Shown piece after piece: positions 1-9,625 of a stretch of DNA of 32,000 bases (positions are counted from its first letter, which is position 1; each line of letters begins with the position of its first letter). A model generated the notes under the pieces. The model saw nothing but the letters and a program-made list of their open reading frames with translations. It made no database searches and was not told the origin of the DNA. Origin of the DNA: Micrococcus luteus NCTC 2665. Lineage in GTDB: Bacteria > Actinomycetota > Actinomycetes > Actinomycetales > Micrococcaceae. The position numbers were made by a program, and so were the translations under genes. The DNA is taken from contig NC_012803.1 in assembly GCF_000023205.1 (NCBI RefSeq), positions 1,350,001 through 1,382,000 on the forward strand, written 5' to 3'.

Positions 1-936
1 GGCCTGGCGGTCGATGTCCGAGACCTTCTTCAGGTCCTCGCGGTACGCCTCGAGTTCGGCCCGCACGTCGTCGCCGGCGAGCTCGGCGGCCAGCGGCGCG
101 TCGGCGGCGACCACCATGAAGGTCGCGCCGTACAGCGTGTCCGGCCGCGTGGTGAAGACCGTGACGACGGGGCCGTCCTCGACCTGGAAGTCGACGTGGG
201 CGCCCTCGGAGCGGCCGATCCAGTTGCGCTGCATGGCGAGCACGCGCTCGGGCCAGTGGCCGGTGAGCTGGTCCATGTCGTCCAGCAGCGCGTCCGCGTA
301 TTCGGTGATGCGGAAGTACCACTGGTTCAGGGTCCGCTTGGTGACCTCGGTGCCGCAGCGCTCGCAGCGGCCGTCCACGACCTGCTCGTTGGCGAGCACC
401 GTCTGGTCCTGGGGGCACCAGTTGACCGGGGAGTCCTTCCGGTACGCCAGGCCCTTGCGGTACAGCTGCTGGAACAGCCACTGGGTCCACCGGTAGTACT
501 CGGGGTCCGAGGTGTGCAGCTCACGGGACCAGTCCACGGCGATGCCGTACCGCTGGAAGGAGCGCTTCTGCGTCTCGATGTTCGCGTAGGTCCACTCGGC
601 CGGGTGGGCGTCGCGCTTGATGGCGGCGTTCTCGGCCGGCAGGCCGAAGGAGTCCCAGCCGATGGGGTGCAGCACGTCGAAGCCGCGCTGCATCCAGTGG
701 CGCGCGACGACGTCGCCCATCGCGAACGCCTCGGCGTGCCCCATGTGCAGGTCGCCCGACGGGTACGGGAACATGTCGACCACGGTGCGGGTCTCGGAGC
801 CGTCCTCGCGCGGGGCGAACGTCCCGGCCTGCTCCCAGTACCCGGCCCAGCGGGCCTCCACGTCACGGAACGAGTACTCCGCGTCGGCGGGGATGCTGGG
901 GGTGGCCGGCACGGCGCTGTCGGTGGTCTGGCTCAC
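1..936 (-). CDS. leuS: Leucyl-tRNA synthetase, N-terminal 312 codons. The gene continues past the left window edge.
   Basis: Absent from the ORF track because it has no stop in the window. Reverse translation from GTG (936..934) reads VSQTTDSAV...[56 protein letters not shown]...[28 protein letters not shown]...[16 protein letters not shown]. This contains a class-I HIGH-type motif (HMGH) plus LeuS-typical blocks. The frame stays open down to base 1. Confidence 0.9.
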   Translation of the reverse strand, partial: MSQTTDSAVPATPSIPADAEYSFRDVEARWAGYWEQAGTFAPREDGSETRTVVDMFPYPSGDLHMGHAEAFAMGDVVARHWMQRGFDVLHPIGWDSFGLPAENAAIKRDAHPAEWTYANIETQKRSFQRYGIAVDWSRELHTSDPEYYRWTQWLFQQLYRKGLAYRKDSPVNWCPQDQTVLANEQVVDGRCERCGTEVTKRTLNQWYFRITEYADALLDDMDQLTGHWPERVLAMQRNWIGRSEGAHVDFQVEDGPVVTVFTTRPDTLYGATFMVVAADAPLAAELAGDDVRAELEAYREDLKKVSDIDRQA

Positions 937-961
937 GGCGGTTCGAGTCCTCACGCAGTCG

Positions 962-1087
962 GGATGGGGCGCCGGCCCTCGGGCGGCGCGGACGGGGCCG
1001 GCGGCACGGCCGGCCACCCCATCCTACGGCGACGGCGCCCCGGCCCGGCCGCAGGGCCGCTCCGAGACGCCGTGCCCGGCCGGGCAC
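962..1087 (-). terminator. GC-rich stem-loops between the membrane-protein stop and the leuS start. Putative factor-independent terminator or leader structure.
   Basis: A perfect 16-nt palindrome GTGCCCGGCCGGGCAC (1072-1087) lies 7 nt past the stop at 1094. A long interrupted stem pairs GGATGGGGCGCCGGCC (962-977) with GGCCGGCCACCCCATCC (1008-1024). There is no U-tract, so the function is inferred only. Confidence 0.3.
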
Positions 1088-1093
1088 GCGGTT

Positions 1094-2473
1094 TCAGGCG
1101 GAGTGGCTGCCGCCTGCCGGACGCTCGGGCCCGGCGTCGGGACCGGGGCGCGCCCCTCCGGAGGTGAGCGCGTCGTCCTCCTCGAGCACCTGGGCGACCT
1201 CGTCCTCGAGGGCCTCCGTCACCGCGTCCGGGGCCGCCACGGAGTCCCCGACCGCCTCCTGCAGCTGCACGGCGTGCTGGGCCGTGAAGGTCTTCTCCGG
1301 ATGCTCACGCAGGCGGAGCAGCGCGAGCAGGCGCAGACGCAGCCCCGACTCGGCGGAGATCTGCCGGCGGTGGGTGAGCCACCAGACGAGGAGCACGAGC
1401 GCGAGCACGATCCCCAGGTGGCCCAGCGCCGGGTAGACGACGTTCATCAGGTCGCCGAAGCCGACGAAGCTCACCGCGAAGGCCAGCAGCGTGACGCCGG
1501 CGAACACGGGCGGGTAGCGGCCCGGGCGGTCGGCCGTGAGGCGGCGTCCCAGCGCGTAGAACACGCCGATCGCGGTGTTGAAGATCATCAGGTAGATCAC
1601 CACGACCATCGCCCAGCCCAGCCAGGGCGCGATCGAGGCGGACAGCCGCAGCATGGGGACGTCGGCGCGGCCGATCTCGGCGTAGCCGAGGTAGAGCAGC
1701 GTGGAGGCCATCAGGAGCAGGGCGGTGTACATCAGGCCGCCGGTGAGGCCGCCGAGGAACGCCTCGCGGGGGTGGGTGATGGACCCGCCGATCACGAGGC
1801 ACATGGACACGGCCATCACGACGACGAGGCCGAAGTAGTTGACCGAGGACAGCCACCACGGGTCCACCGGCGTGGTGGCCTGGACGGCGAGGGACTCGTG
1901 GGCGGCGAAGCCGCCGTCGCGGGTGACCAGGACGTGGACGAACCCGGCCACGACCGCGACGACCACCAGGGGCGTGATCAGGGAGATGATCGCGGAGACC
2001 TTCTCCACGTCCAGCATGCCCGTCACGAGCACGAGCAGGGTCATCAGGGTGGAGCCCGCCCACGTCGGCCAGCCGAACTGCTGGGCGAGCGTCGAGCCCG
2101 CCCCGGCGAGCATGACGACGCCGATCGCGAAGAGCGTCACCGTCACCACGACGTCCAGGATCCGGGCCATCACGGGGTGCGAGACGCTGCGGAAGACGAC
2201 CTTGTGGTCGGCCGCGAGGAACACGCTGCCCAGCTGGAGGATGACGGCGCCGCCGGCGGTGACGAGCAGGCCGGCCAGTCCCGCGCCCACGACGCCGATC
2301 CAGCCGAAGCCCACGAAGTACTGGATGACTTCGGCGCCGGTGGCGAAGCCGGCGCCGACGAGCAGGCCGACGAAGGCGAGGGCGATCTTCAGGGATCTGA
2401 GGGCGACGGGGTGCGCCCGTCCGGGCCCCGGGACCGAGGACGGGCCGGAGTACGGTAGGAACGCGCGCGCCAT
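1094..2473 (-). CDS. Polytopic membrane protein, YkvI-like (transporter-like) family
   Basis: Track ORF 1094..3577 is an over-extension. ATG at 2473 (MARAFLPYSG...) opens a ~459-aa protein with many hydrophobic segments. Its N-terminal LKIALAFVGLLVGAGFATGAEVIQYF resembles the YkvI-family VGAGFASG.E motif, recalled from memory. The C-terminal tail is acidic and soluble. The start codon choice is uncertain. Confidence 0.7.
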   Translation of the reverse strand: MARAFLPYSGPSSVPGPGRAHPVALRSLKIALAFVGLLVGAGFATGAEVIQYFVGFGWIGVVGAGLAGLLVTAGGAVILQLGSVFLAADHKVVFRSVSHPVMARILDVVVTVTLFAIGVVMLAGAGSTLAQQFGWPTWAGSTLMTLLVLVTGMLDVEKVSAIISLITPLVVVAVVAGFVHVLVTRDGGFAAHESLAVQATTPVDPWWLSSVNYFGLVVVMAVSMCLVIGGSITHPREAFLGGLTGGLMYTALLLMASTLLYLGYAEIGRADVPMLRLSASIAPWLGWAMVVVIYLMIFNTAIGVFYALGRRLTADRPGRYPPVFAGVTLLAFAVSFVGFGDLMNVVYPALGHLGIVLALVLLVWWLTHRRQISAESGLRLRLLALLRLREHPEKTFTAQHAVQLQEAVGDSVAAPDAVTEALEDEVAQVLEEDDALTSGGARPGPDAGPERPAGGSHSA

Positions 2474-2584
2474 CGTGGCCAGGACCAGGCGTCGCCGAGC
2501 TCCGCGGCGGACCCCGTCCCCGCGTCCAGCGGAGACGAGGCGCGCCACGGCGTTGGCGGTCGACGGCCTGGCTAGGGTGGGGAC

Positions 2585-3640
2585 GTGCCTGTCCCGACGC
2601 CGCCCGCCGCCCCGGGCCCGCCCGTCCGCCTGCGCGATCTGCTGCGTCCGCCCGCGGCGCCCGCCGATCCCCGCGGGCTCACGGGCCACCCGGCCCGGAC
2701 GCCACGCCGGCGTACCCTGGCCGTCCCGGACCCCGTCAGCGGGACCCCGTCGTCCGTGGCCGTGTGGGAGTACACCCCCGTTCCGGAGGCCGCGCCGGGA
2801 TCGCCCGGCCCACCCGAGGGGGACGCGGCCGCTGCGCCGCTCGTGTTCGTGCACGGCTTCCGCGGGGACCACCACGGCCTTGCCCTGCTGGCCGACGCGC
2901 TCCCGGAGCATCCCATCCACTCGATCGAGCTGCCCGGCTTCGGGGCCTCGGAGCCCTTCCCCCACGCCGAGCACACCGTGGCCCATCACGCGGACGCGGT
3001 GGCCGCCGTCGTCACCGCCCTGGGCCTGCCGGCCGCCCCCGTGCTGGTCGCACACTCCTACGGGACGACGGTGGCGGCCGAGCTGGTCGCCCGGGAGCCG
3101 TCCCGGTGGGGACGGCTGGTCCTCCTCAACCCCATCGCCGAACCCGCGCTGCAGGCGTCCGCGTCCCTGACGAGCCGGGTGCTGGCGGCCGTCGCCGAGG
3201 GGTACTACGAGGTCGCCGCCCGCCTGCCCGAGCGCCCGGCGCGGCTGCTGCTGGGCGCGCCGCCGGTCGTGTGGGCGACCACGCTCGCCATGACCCGCAC
3301 CAGGGACAGGGATGTCCTTGCGTACACCCATGACCAGCACCGGCGTCACTTCTCGGGCTTCGCCTCCGCACGCATGCTCTCCGAGGCGTACCGCGCCTCG
3401 AGCACGGGCTGCGTGGCCGACGACGCCGCCCGCCTCACCCTGCCGGTGCTGCTGGTCGCGGGGCGAGAGGATCCGCTGGGCTCGGTGCCGGCGCAGGAGG
3501 CGCTCGCCGCGGCGATCGACGCCGCGGGCGGCACGGCGGAGCTGCACGTCCTCGACGGCGTCGGGCATCTGCTGCACTACGAGCGGCCGACCGCCTGCGC
3601 GGCCCTGATCCGTGACTGGCTCCGCCGCGCCGGCCGTTGA
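2585..3640 (+). CDS. Alpha/beta-fold hydrolase
   Basis: 351-aa ORF starting at GTG. LVFVHGFRGDHHG is an oxyanion-hole HG block and VLVAHSYGTT is a nucleophile-elbow G-x-S-x-G variant. The C-terminal HVLDGVGHLLHYERP carries the catalytic His region. It is convergent with priA, with 8 nt between the stops. The Pro/Arg-rich N-terminus makes the exact start uncertain. Confidence 0.75.
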   Translation: MPVPTPPAAPGPPVRLRDLLRPPAAPADPRGLTGHPARTPRRRTLAVPDPVSGTPSSVAVWEYTPVPEAAPGSPGPPEGDAAAAPLVFVHGFRGDHHGLALLADALPEHPIHSIELPGFGASEPFPHAEHTVAHHADAVAAVVTALGLPAAPVLVAHSYGTTVAAELVAREPSRWGRLVLLNPIAEPALQASASLTSRVLAAVAEGYYEVAARLPERPARLLLGAPPVVWATTLAMTRTRDRDVLAYTHDQHRRHFSGFASARMLSEAYRASSTGCVADDAARLTLPVLLVAGREDPLGSVPAQEALAAAIDAAGGTAELHVLDGVGHLLHYERPTACAALIRDWLRRAGR

Positions 3641-3648
3641 CGGGCTCC

Positions 3649-5700
3649 TCAGAGCACCCCGGCCGGGTCGAGCCGCACCCGCACCGGGGCGGTCTCGCGC
3701 CGGGCGCTCGCCGCGGACCGGGCGGCGCGCAGGGCGCCGACGGTGGCCTCGGCCGCCGCGTAGGGGAAGATCAGCAGGGCACGGGAGCGGGTCTCGTCGG
3801 CGGGGTCCGGCACCGGCCCGATCCAGGGCAGCCGCGCCGGGCCGCCGTCGAGCGGGGCCGAGTGCGGATCCTCGTGGACGTCCTCGTCCGGCCGTTCCCG
3901 GCGGGCGGCCTCCACGAGCTCGAGGTACTCCGCGACGGCGGCGGCCTCCCCCGTGACCTCTGCGAGGCGGCCGGCGGGAGGCAGGTGCAGCTCGCGCCGC
4001 TCGGCGACCTGGCGCGCGGCGAAGCCGTCGGGGTCCCGTCGGACCAGCGCGTTCACCGCCTCCCCCGCGTCCGCGGTGACCACCACGACGCCCCCGTCGG
4101 AGGCGGGGCGGACCAGGCAGGCGGCGGCGAGCCAGCGGGCGAGCACCCGGCCCGGCACGTCGAGGCCCTCGCGCTGGAGCTGGCTGTCCCCGTCGAGCAG
4201 CAGGGCGGCCGCGTAGCCGTCGGGCGTCACCGGCTCAGCCCCCACGGTCGCCACCACCAGGGAGGGCCCGGGCGGCACCGAGCCGAGCATGTGCTGCGCC
4301 GAGGAGGCGTGCACGGGCACGCGCGGGAACGCCCGGCCCAGCTCCTCGGCCGTGCGGTCCACGCCGCGGGCCCCGGCCCGCAGCGTCGTGCCGCCGCACT
4401 CGGTGCACCGGAAGCCGCGCTCCCGGGTGCCGCACCACCGGCACGCCACCTCCCCGTGCCGGGCGGCCCGCGCGTCGCGGAAGCCCAGCGGCCCCGCGCA
4501 GACGCGGCAGCGGGCGGGCGTGCGGCACCGGTCGCACACGAGGGCGGGGATGAAGCCGGCCCGGGCCACCTGCACGAGCACCGGGCCGGGCCGTGGCCCG
4601 AGCAGCGCGGCGCGGGCGGCCGCCCAGGCGGCCTGCGGCAGCCGTGCCCGCTGCGCGAACGGGTCGCGCGCCGTCTCCCAGGCGTCGGCGGTGGAGACGA
4701 CCCGCGGCCCGAGCTCCCGCTGGGTCGCGCGGGAGGGGCCCAGGTGCAGCAGCCAGCCCGACTCGACGAGCCGTTGCACCGGGACCGATCGGGAGGGCCC
4801 GGCGAAGAGCAGCGCCGCGCCGGTCGCGCGGGCCCGCTCCAGCACGACCTCTCGGGCGTGGAAGTAGGGCGCGCGGGGTTCTGCCCACGCATCGTCGCCG
4901 TCGTCCCAGAGCACCACCAGCCGCAGGTCGCGCACGGGCGACCACACGGCGGCCCGGGTGCCGGCCACGATGCGCCGGGTGCCGCGCAGCGCGGCCAGGT
5001 GGGCGCGGTACCGGGGCGTGTTGCCGTCCTCGGAGCCGATCCGCGCGTAGGCGTCCTCGCCCACGTGCTCGTCGAGGGCTGCGCAGAGCCGGTCGAGGTC
5101 GCGGTGGTCGGGCACCAGCAGCAGGACGCCGCCGCCCGAGGCGGCCACCGTGCGCGCCAGGGCGGCCAGCGCGCCCGCCTCGTCCCATTCGAACAGGCGC
5201 GAGGGCACGACGGCGGCCGCCCGCGCGGCGTCTCCGGCCAGCACGGCGGACACGAACGCGGTGCCCTGCTCGAGTGACTCCCACACCGTGGGCACGAGGC
5301 CCTCCTCCGCCGCGGTCGCCTCCGGGCGCTCGGCGTCCGTGCCGGTCAGCGTCACAGGGTGGTCCGCGGCGGTTTCCGCGTCCTCCGCCAGGGCGGCCTT
5401 CTCGACCTGCGCGACGCGCGGGGGCACCGCGGCCCGCAGCACGTCCGTGACGACGCCGGCCTGGCGGCGGGCCACCGCGCGAGCGGTCGCCAGGACCTCC
5501 TCCGTCAGCGGCGGGATGGCGGTGAGCACGCCGGTGAGCTCGGTGAGCTGGGCGCCGGTGGCCGGCTCCTGCTCCCGCGAGACGAGCCAGCCCGTCATGG
5601 CCCGTCCGCCGAAGCGGACGGACACGCGGGAGCCGGGGACCGCCCGGTCGTCCAGGGCCACGGGCACGAGATAGTCGAACTCGCGGTCCAGGTGCGGCAC
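3649..5700 (-). CDS. priA: Primosomal protein N' (PriA) homologue, P-loop-less actinobacterial type
   Basis: The N-terminal PHLDREFDYLVP...SRVSVRFGGRAMTGWL block is PriA 3'-DNA-binding-domain-like (compare E. coli LPRTFDYLLP). A four-CxxC Zn-binding region reads CDRCRTPARCRVCAGP...ACRWCG...FRCTECGG. GTG at 5700 is the first canonical start, but conserved sequence continues upstream (see findings). Confidence 0.85.
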   Translation of the reverse strand: MPHLDREFDYLVPVALDDRAVPGSRVSVRFGGRAMTGWLVSREQEPATGAQLTELTGVLTAIPPLTEEVLATARAVARRQAGVVTDVLRAAVPPRVAQVEKAALAEDAETAADHPVTLTGTDAERPEATAAEEGLVPTVWESLEQGTAFVSAVLAGDAARAAAVVPSRLFEWDEAGALAALARTVAASGGGVLLLVPDHRDLDRLCAALDEHVGEDAYARIGSEDGNTPRYRAHLAALRGTRRIVAGTRAAVWSPVRDLRLVVLWDDGDDAWAEPRAPYFHAREVVLERARATGAALLFAGPSRSVPVQRLVESGWLLHLGPSRATQRELGPRVVSTADAWETARDPFAQRARLPQAAWAAARAALLGPRPGPVLVQVARAGFIPALVCDRCRTPARCRVCAGPLGFRDARAARHGEVACRWCGTRERGFRCTECGGTTLRAGARGVDRTAEELGRAFPRVPVHASSAQHMLGSVPPGPSLVVATVGAEPVTPDGYAAALLLDGDSQLQREGLDVPGRVLARWLAAACLVRPASDGGVVVVTADAGEAVNALVRRDPDGFAARQVAERRELHLPPAGRLAEVTGEAAAVAEYLELVEAARRERPDEDVHEDPHSAPLDGGPARLPWIGPVPDPADETRSRALLIFPYAAAEATVGALRAARSAASARRETAPVRVRLDPAGVL

Positions 5701-5824
5701 GGGCGAGTCCAGCAGGACGCGGGCGATCGGCCGCTCCGGCCACCCCTCGGCCCGCTCCGGCAGTCGGGGCGCGTCCTCCGGCTCCGGGAGGGCGAACAGC
5801 GTGTCCGTGATGCCCGCCTCCGGA

Positions 5825-7087
5825 TCAGAGGCCGGCGGCAGCGCGCAGCTGCTCGACGCGGTCCGTGCGCTCCCACGTGAAGTCGGCGTCGTCCCGGCCG
5901 AAGTGGCCGTTCGCGGCGGTCCGTCGGTAGATGGGCCGCAGGAGGTTCAGCTCCTTCACGATGGCGGCCGGACGCAGGTCGAACACCGCGTTCACGGCCT
6001 CGATGATCTTCTCCTCCGGCACCGTGGCCGTCCCGAAGGTGTCCACGTACAGGCCCACGGGCCGGGCCGAGCCGATCGCGTAGGCCACCTGGAACTCGGC
6101 GCGCGAGGCGAGGCCGGCGGCCACCACGTTCTTCGCGACCCAGCGGAGCATGTAGGCGGCGGAGCGGTCCACCTTGGACGGGTCCTTGCCGGAGAAGGCG
6201 CCGCCGCCGTGCCGGGCCATGCCACCGTAGGTGTCCACGATGATCTTGCGACCGGTGAGGCCGGCGTCGCCCACGGGGCCGCCGATGACGAACTTGCCGC
6301 CCGGGTTGATGATGATCCGCATGCCGGAGGTGTCGAGGCCGGAGCGCTCGATGACGGGCCGGATCACGTGCTCCTCCACGTCCGCCCGCAGCTGCTCCTG
6401 CGTGACCCACTCGTGATGCTGCGTGGAGACCACCACGGCCTCGACCGTGGTGGGCACGTGGCCGGGCGCGTAGCCGATGGTGACCTGCGTCTTGCCGTCC
6501 GGCAGCAGGTACGGCATGGGCGTGTTCTCCGCCCGGCGCACCGCGGTGAGCCGCTCGGAGAGCCGGTGCGCGAGGTAGATGGGCATGGGCATGTACGCCG
6601 GGGTCTCGTCCGTGGCGTAGCCGAACATGATGCCCTGGTCCCCCGCGCCCTGCTCGTCCACCTCGTCCGCCGAGCCGTACTCGCGGGCCTCGAGGGACCG
6701 GGAGACGCCGGCGAAGATGTCCGAGGACTGCTGGCCGATGGAGATGTTCACGCCGCACTGGGCGCCGTCGAAGCCGTTGGCCGAGGAGTCGTAGCCGATG
6801 TCCAGGATGGTCTCGCGCACGATCTTGGGGATCTCCACGTACGCCGAGGTGTTCACCTCGCCGGCCACCTGCACCAGGCCGGTGGTGGTCAGGGTCTCCA
6901 CGGCCACCTTCGCCGACGGGTCGGCGGCGAGGATCGCGTCCAGGATGGCGTCGGAGATCTGGTCGCAGATCTTGTCGGGGTGGCCCGCCGTGACGGACTC
7001 GGAGGTGAAGAGGCGGAGCTCTCCGCCGCCCACCCCCGAATACGGGTCGGCGTGGCGGGCGGGGCTCAGCGAGGCGGCATCGGTCAT
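5825..7087 (-). CDS. metK: S-adenosylmethionine synthetase
   Basis: [41 protein letters not shown] and [19 protein letters not shown] are hallmark MetK motifs. The N-terminus has ~20 extra residues. An in-frame GTG ([12 protein letters not shown]) is an alternative start. Confidence 0.93.
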   Translation of the reverse strand: MTDAASLSPARHADPYSGVGGGELRLFTSESVTAGHPDKICDQISDAILDAILAADPSAKVAVETLTTTGLVQVAGEVNTSAYVEIPKIVRETILDIGYDSSANGFDGAQCGVNISIGQQSSDIFAGVSRSLEAREYGSADEVDEQGAGDQGIMFGYATDETPAYMPMPIYLAHRLSERLTAVRRAENTPMPYLLPDGKTQVTIGYAPGHVPTTVEAVVVSTQHHEWVTQEQLRADVEEHVIRPVIERSGLDTSGMRIIINPGGKFVIGGPVGDAGLTGRKIIVDTYGGMARHGGGAFSGKDPSKVDRSAAYMLRWVAKNVVAAGLASRAEFQVAYAIGSARPVGLYVDTFGTATVPEEKIIEAVNAVFDLRPAAIVKELNLLRPIYRRTAANGHFGRDDADFTWERTDRVEQLRAAAGL

Positions 7088-7102
7088 GCCGCACAGTCTA
7101 GG

Positions 7103-8389
7103 TCAGCGGCCCGACGCGCCGGCGGGGTCGCGACCGGCGAGGTCATCCACGATCGCCTGCACGACGGCGGCCGCCGCCTGGTCCTTGGAGCCCACGGTCT
7201 CCACGGCGGGGCGGCCGTCGGCGAACAGGATGGTCACGGCGGTCTCGTCCCGGCCGAACACCTTGTCCGTGCCGACCTCGTTGACCACGAGCATCTCGCA
7301 GCCCTTGCGCGCCAGTTTGGCCCGGCCGTACTCGAGCACGGAGGACGTCGCGTCGCCGGTCTCCGCGGCGAAGCCGACGATGAGCGGGGCCATGGGCCCG
7401 CCCTCGGAGCGGGTCCGCACGGCCGTGGCGAGCACGTCCGGGGTGCGCTCGAGCACGATGACGGGCGCGCCGCCGTCGTCGCCCTTCTTCATCTTGGCGT
7501 CGGAGACCTCGGCCGGTCGGAAGTCCGCAACGGCCGCCGCCATCACGAGGACGTCGGCGTCGGCGGCCTCCGCCAGCACGGCCTCGAGCAGGTCCTGCGT
7601 GGACTCCACGGGCACGACGCGCTCGACGCCCTCGGGCGTCGGGACGGACATGGACCCGGCGACGAACCGCACGGTGGCGCCGGCCTCGAGGGCGGCGCGC
7701 GCCAGGGCGGCCCCCTGCTTGCCGGAGGAGCGGTTCCCCAGGTAGCGGACCGGGTCCAGCGCCTCGCGGGTGCCCCCGGCCGTGATCACCACGGTGCGAC
7801 CGGCCAGCGGGACGGGTGTCGGCTCGGCGTCGGACCCGGAGGCCCGGGGACGGCGCGGGGCGCCCGCGGCCGCGGCGGCCTGCGCACGCTCCCAGATCTC
7901 GGCGGGCTCGGGCAGCCGCCCGGCGCCGGAGTCGGCCCCGGTGAGCCGGCCCACGGCGGGGTCCACGACCGTGACGCCGCGCTCGCGCAGGAGGGCGACG
8001 TTGGCGACCGTGGCGGGGTGGTGCCACATCTCGGTGTGCATGGCGGGGGCCAGGACGACGGGGCACGTGGCGGTGAGCAGCACGTTGCCCAGCAGGTCGG
8101 GCGCCATCCCCGCGGCGGTGCGCGCGAGCAGATCGGCGGTGGCCGGCGCGACCACCACGAGGTCCGCACGCCGGCCGAGCCGGACGTGGTTCACCTCGTC
8201 GACCGCCTCGAACGTGTCCGTGCGGACCGGGCGACCGGAGAGGGCCTCCCACGTCGCCGCGCCCACGAACTCGAGGGCGTTGGCGGTGGGCACCACGGTC
8301 ACGCCGTGGCCGGCCTCGGTCATCAGGCGCAGCAGCAGCGCCGCCTTGTAGGCCGCGATGCCGCCGCCGACCCCGAGGACGATCTCCAT
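7103..8389 (-). CDS. coaBC: Bifunctional phosphopantothenoylcysteine decarboxylase / phosphopantothenate-cysteine ligase
   Basis: MEIVLGVGGGIAAYKAALLLRLMTEAGH is the flavoprotein N-domain. The C-terminal CoaB half contains ITAGGTREALDPVRYLGNRSSGKQG and MAAAVADFRP. Confidence 0.93.
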   Translation of the reverse strand: MEIVLGVGGGIAAYKAALLLRLMTEAGHGVTVVPTANALEFVGAATWEALSGRPVRTDTFEAVDEVNHVRLGRRADLVVVAPATADLLARTAAGMAPDLLGNVLLTATCPVVLAPAMHTEMWHHPATVANVALLRERGVTVVDPAVGRLTGADSGAGRLPEPAEIWERAQAAAAAGAPRRPRASGSDAEPTPVPLAGRTVVITAGGTREALDPVRYLGNRSSGKQGAALARAALEAGATVRFVAGSMSVPTPEGVERVVPVESTQDLLEAVLAEAADADVLVMAAAVADFRPAEVSDAKMKKGDDGGAPVIVLERTPDVLATAVRTRSEGGPMAPLIVGFAAETGDATSSVLEYGRAKLARKGCEMLVVNEVGTDKVFGRDETAVTILFADGRPAVETVGSKDQAAAAVVQAIVDDLAGRDPAGASGR

Positions 8390-8396
8390 GACGGGC

Positions 8397-8837
8397 TCAG
8401 GCCTCCGGGGCGTCCTCGGAGGTGCCCTCCTCGGCGCGCACCGTCTCGGCGGCCTCCTCGATGGCGGCGGGATCGCCCATCGGCTGGTGGGCGTCGGCCG
8501 ACTCGAGGGTGGCGAACGGGTCGTCCTCGCCCGGCAGGGAGAAGTCGCCGAAGTCCTCGGCGGCCAGGTCGGCCTCCGGGGTGGCCTCGACGGCCTCGCG
8601 GGACACGAGCAGGTCGGCCTCGATCTCGCGCAGGGCGATGGACAGCGGCTTCTCGTTCAGCTGGGTGTCCACGAGCGGGCCGACGTACTCGAACAGCCCC
8701 TCGTGCAGCTGCGAGTAGTAGGCGTTGATCTGCCGGGCCCGCTTGGCGGCGAAGAGCACCAGGGCGTACTTCGAGTCGACCCGCTCCAGCAGGGAGTCGA
8801 TGGGCGGGTTGACGATGCCTTCGTACTGTTCGGTCAC
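8397..8837 (-). CDS. rpoZ: DNA-directed RNA polymerase subunit omega with a long acidic C-terminal tail
   Basis: GTG start preceded by [39 protein letters not shown] is the omega core. About 60 extra D/E/A-rich residues follow it. Confidence 0.9.
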   Translation of the reverse strand: MTEQYEGIVNPPIDSLLERVDSKYALVLFAAKRARQINAYYSQLHEGLFEYVGPLVDTQLNEKPLSIALREIEADLLVSREAVEATPEADLAAEDFGDFSLPGEDDPFATLESADAHQPMGDPAAIEEAAETVRAEEGTSEDAPEA

Positions 8838-8903
8838 GGGGTCTCCAAAGTCTTCATCTCACTGTCACGTCGGCGCCGGGTGCGGCGTCGGTGCGGCCGG
8901 TCC

Positions 8904-9554
8904 TCAGGCCTCGGTCGGACGGCGCTCGGGGTCCAGCCCCATGAGTCTCACCAGTTCCTCGGCGGCCCGCTCCACGCGGTCGTTCACGACGACGGCGTCG
9001 AACTCGGGTTCCGCGGCGAGTTCCAGTCTAGCCGTTTCGAGCCGGCGGCGCTGTTCCTCCGGGCTCTCGGTGCCGCGGCCGAGCAGCCGGGACACGAGTT
9101 CCTCCCAGCTCGGCGGCGCCAGGAACACGAAGGTGGCCTCCGGCAGCGCACGGCGGACCTGGCGCGCTCCCTGCAGGTCGATCTCCAGCAGGACGTGGCG
9201 GCCCTGCGCCACGGCCTCCATCACGCGGTCGCGCCGCGTGCCGTAGCGGTGGACGCCGTGCACGACGGCCCATTCCAGCATCTCGTCCGCCTCGACGAGG
9301 GAGTCGAACTCCTCCGGCGTCGTGAAGTAGTAGTGCACCCCGTCCTCCTCGCCCGGGCGCGCCGGGCGGGTGGTGGCGGAGACGGACAGCCAGGCCTCGG
9401 GGTAGTGCTCGCGGACATAGGCCGACACGGTGCCCTTGCCGACGGCGGTGGGGCCGGCCAGGACGGTGACGCCCGGGCCCGGGGGGCGTTCCTGGACGGC
9501 GGTGCGGGCCACCGGGACGGCGGGGGCGGGTCCGGGGTCGAACGTGTCGGTCAC
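8904..9554 (-). CDS. gmk: Guanylate kinase
   Basis: P-loop [12 protein letters not shown], then [19 protein letters not shown]. The track ORF (to 9707) is over-extended. GTG at 9554 is preceded by AGGAGGA with a 3-nt spacer. Confidence 0.88.
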   Translation of the reverse strand: MTDTFDPGPAPAVPVARTAVQERPPGPGVTVLAGPTAVGKGTVSAYVREHYPEAWLSVSATTRPARPGEEDGVHYYFTTPEEFDSLVEADEMLEWAVVHGVHRYGTRRDRVMEAVAQGRHVLLEIDLQGARQVRRALPEATFVFLAPPSWEELVSRLLGRGTESPEEQRRRLETARLELAAEPEFDAVVVNDRVERAAEELVRLMGLDPERRPTEA

Positions 9555-9569
9555 GCATCCTCCTGGTGG

Positions 9570-9615
9570 GACGGGCCTCGCAGACCCGTCACCCGGGCCG
9601 GCGCCGACCCGCCGG
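9570..9615 (-). terminator. Two short GC-rich stem-loops in the mihF-gmk spacer (putative attenuator or terminator)
   Basis: GACGGG (9570-9575) pairs with CCCGTC (9585-9590). CCGGCG (9598-9603) pairs with CGCCGG (9610-9615). They lie directly downstream of the mihF stop (9626). There is no U-tract. Confidence 0.25.
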
Positions 9616-9625
9616 GATGTGGGGG

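Noticed and set aside
1094-3577. Over-extended minus-strand track ORFs: 1094..3577, 8904..9707, 9626..10054, 10079..11902, 14272..15999, 15453..16739, 19216..20061, 22215..23510, 25718..26602 and 28955..29545.
   Set aside because: The N-terminal portions are Arg/Pro/Gly-rich read-through into upstream genes or spacers. Internal starts with SD sequences or ATGA/GTGA coupling reproduce canonical N-termini, so the shorter models were used.
4235-5743. Alternative-frame minus-strand ORFs overlapping real genes: 4235..5743, 5595..7094, 7143..8252, 9834..10592, 12251..15229, 20334..21527, 21524..22357 and 27244..29271.
   Set aside because: These are same-strand shifted frames of priA, metK, coaBC, pyrF, carB, aroB, aroK and alaS. 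They have extreme Arg/Pro/Gly content and no motifs, so they are high-GC artefacts.
7088-7102. Possible SAM riboswitch upstream of metK.
   Set aside because: Only 15 nt separate the metK ATG from the coaBC stop, which leaves no room for a riboswitch aptamer.
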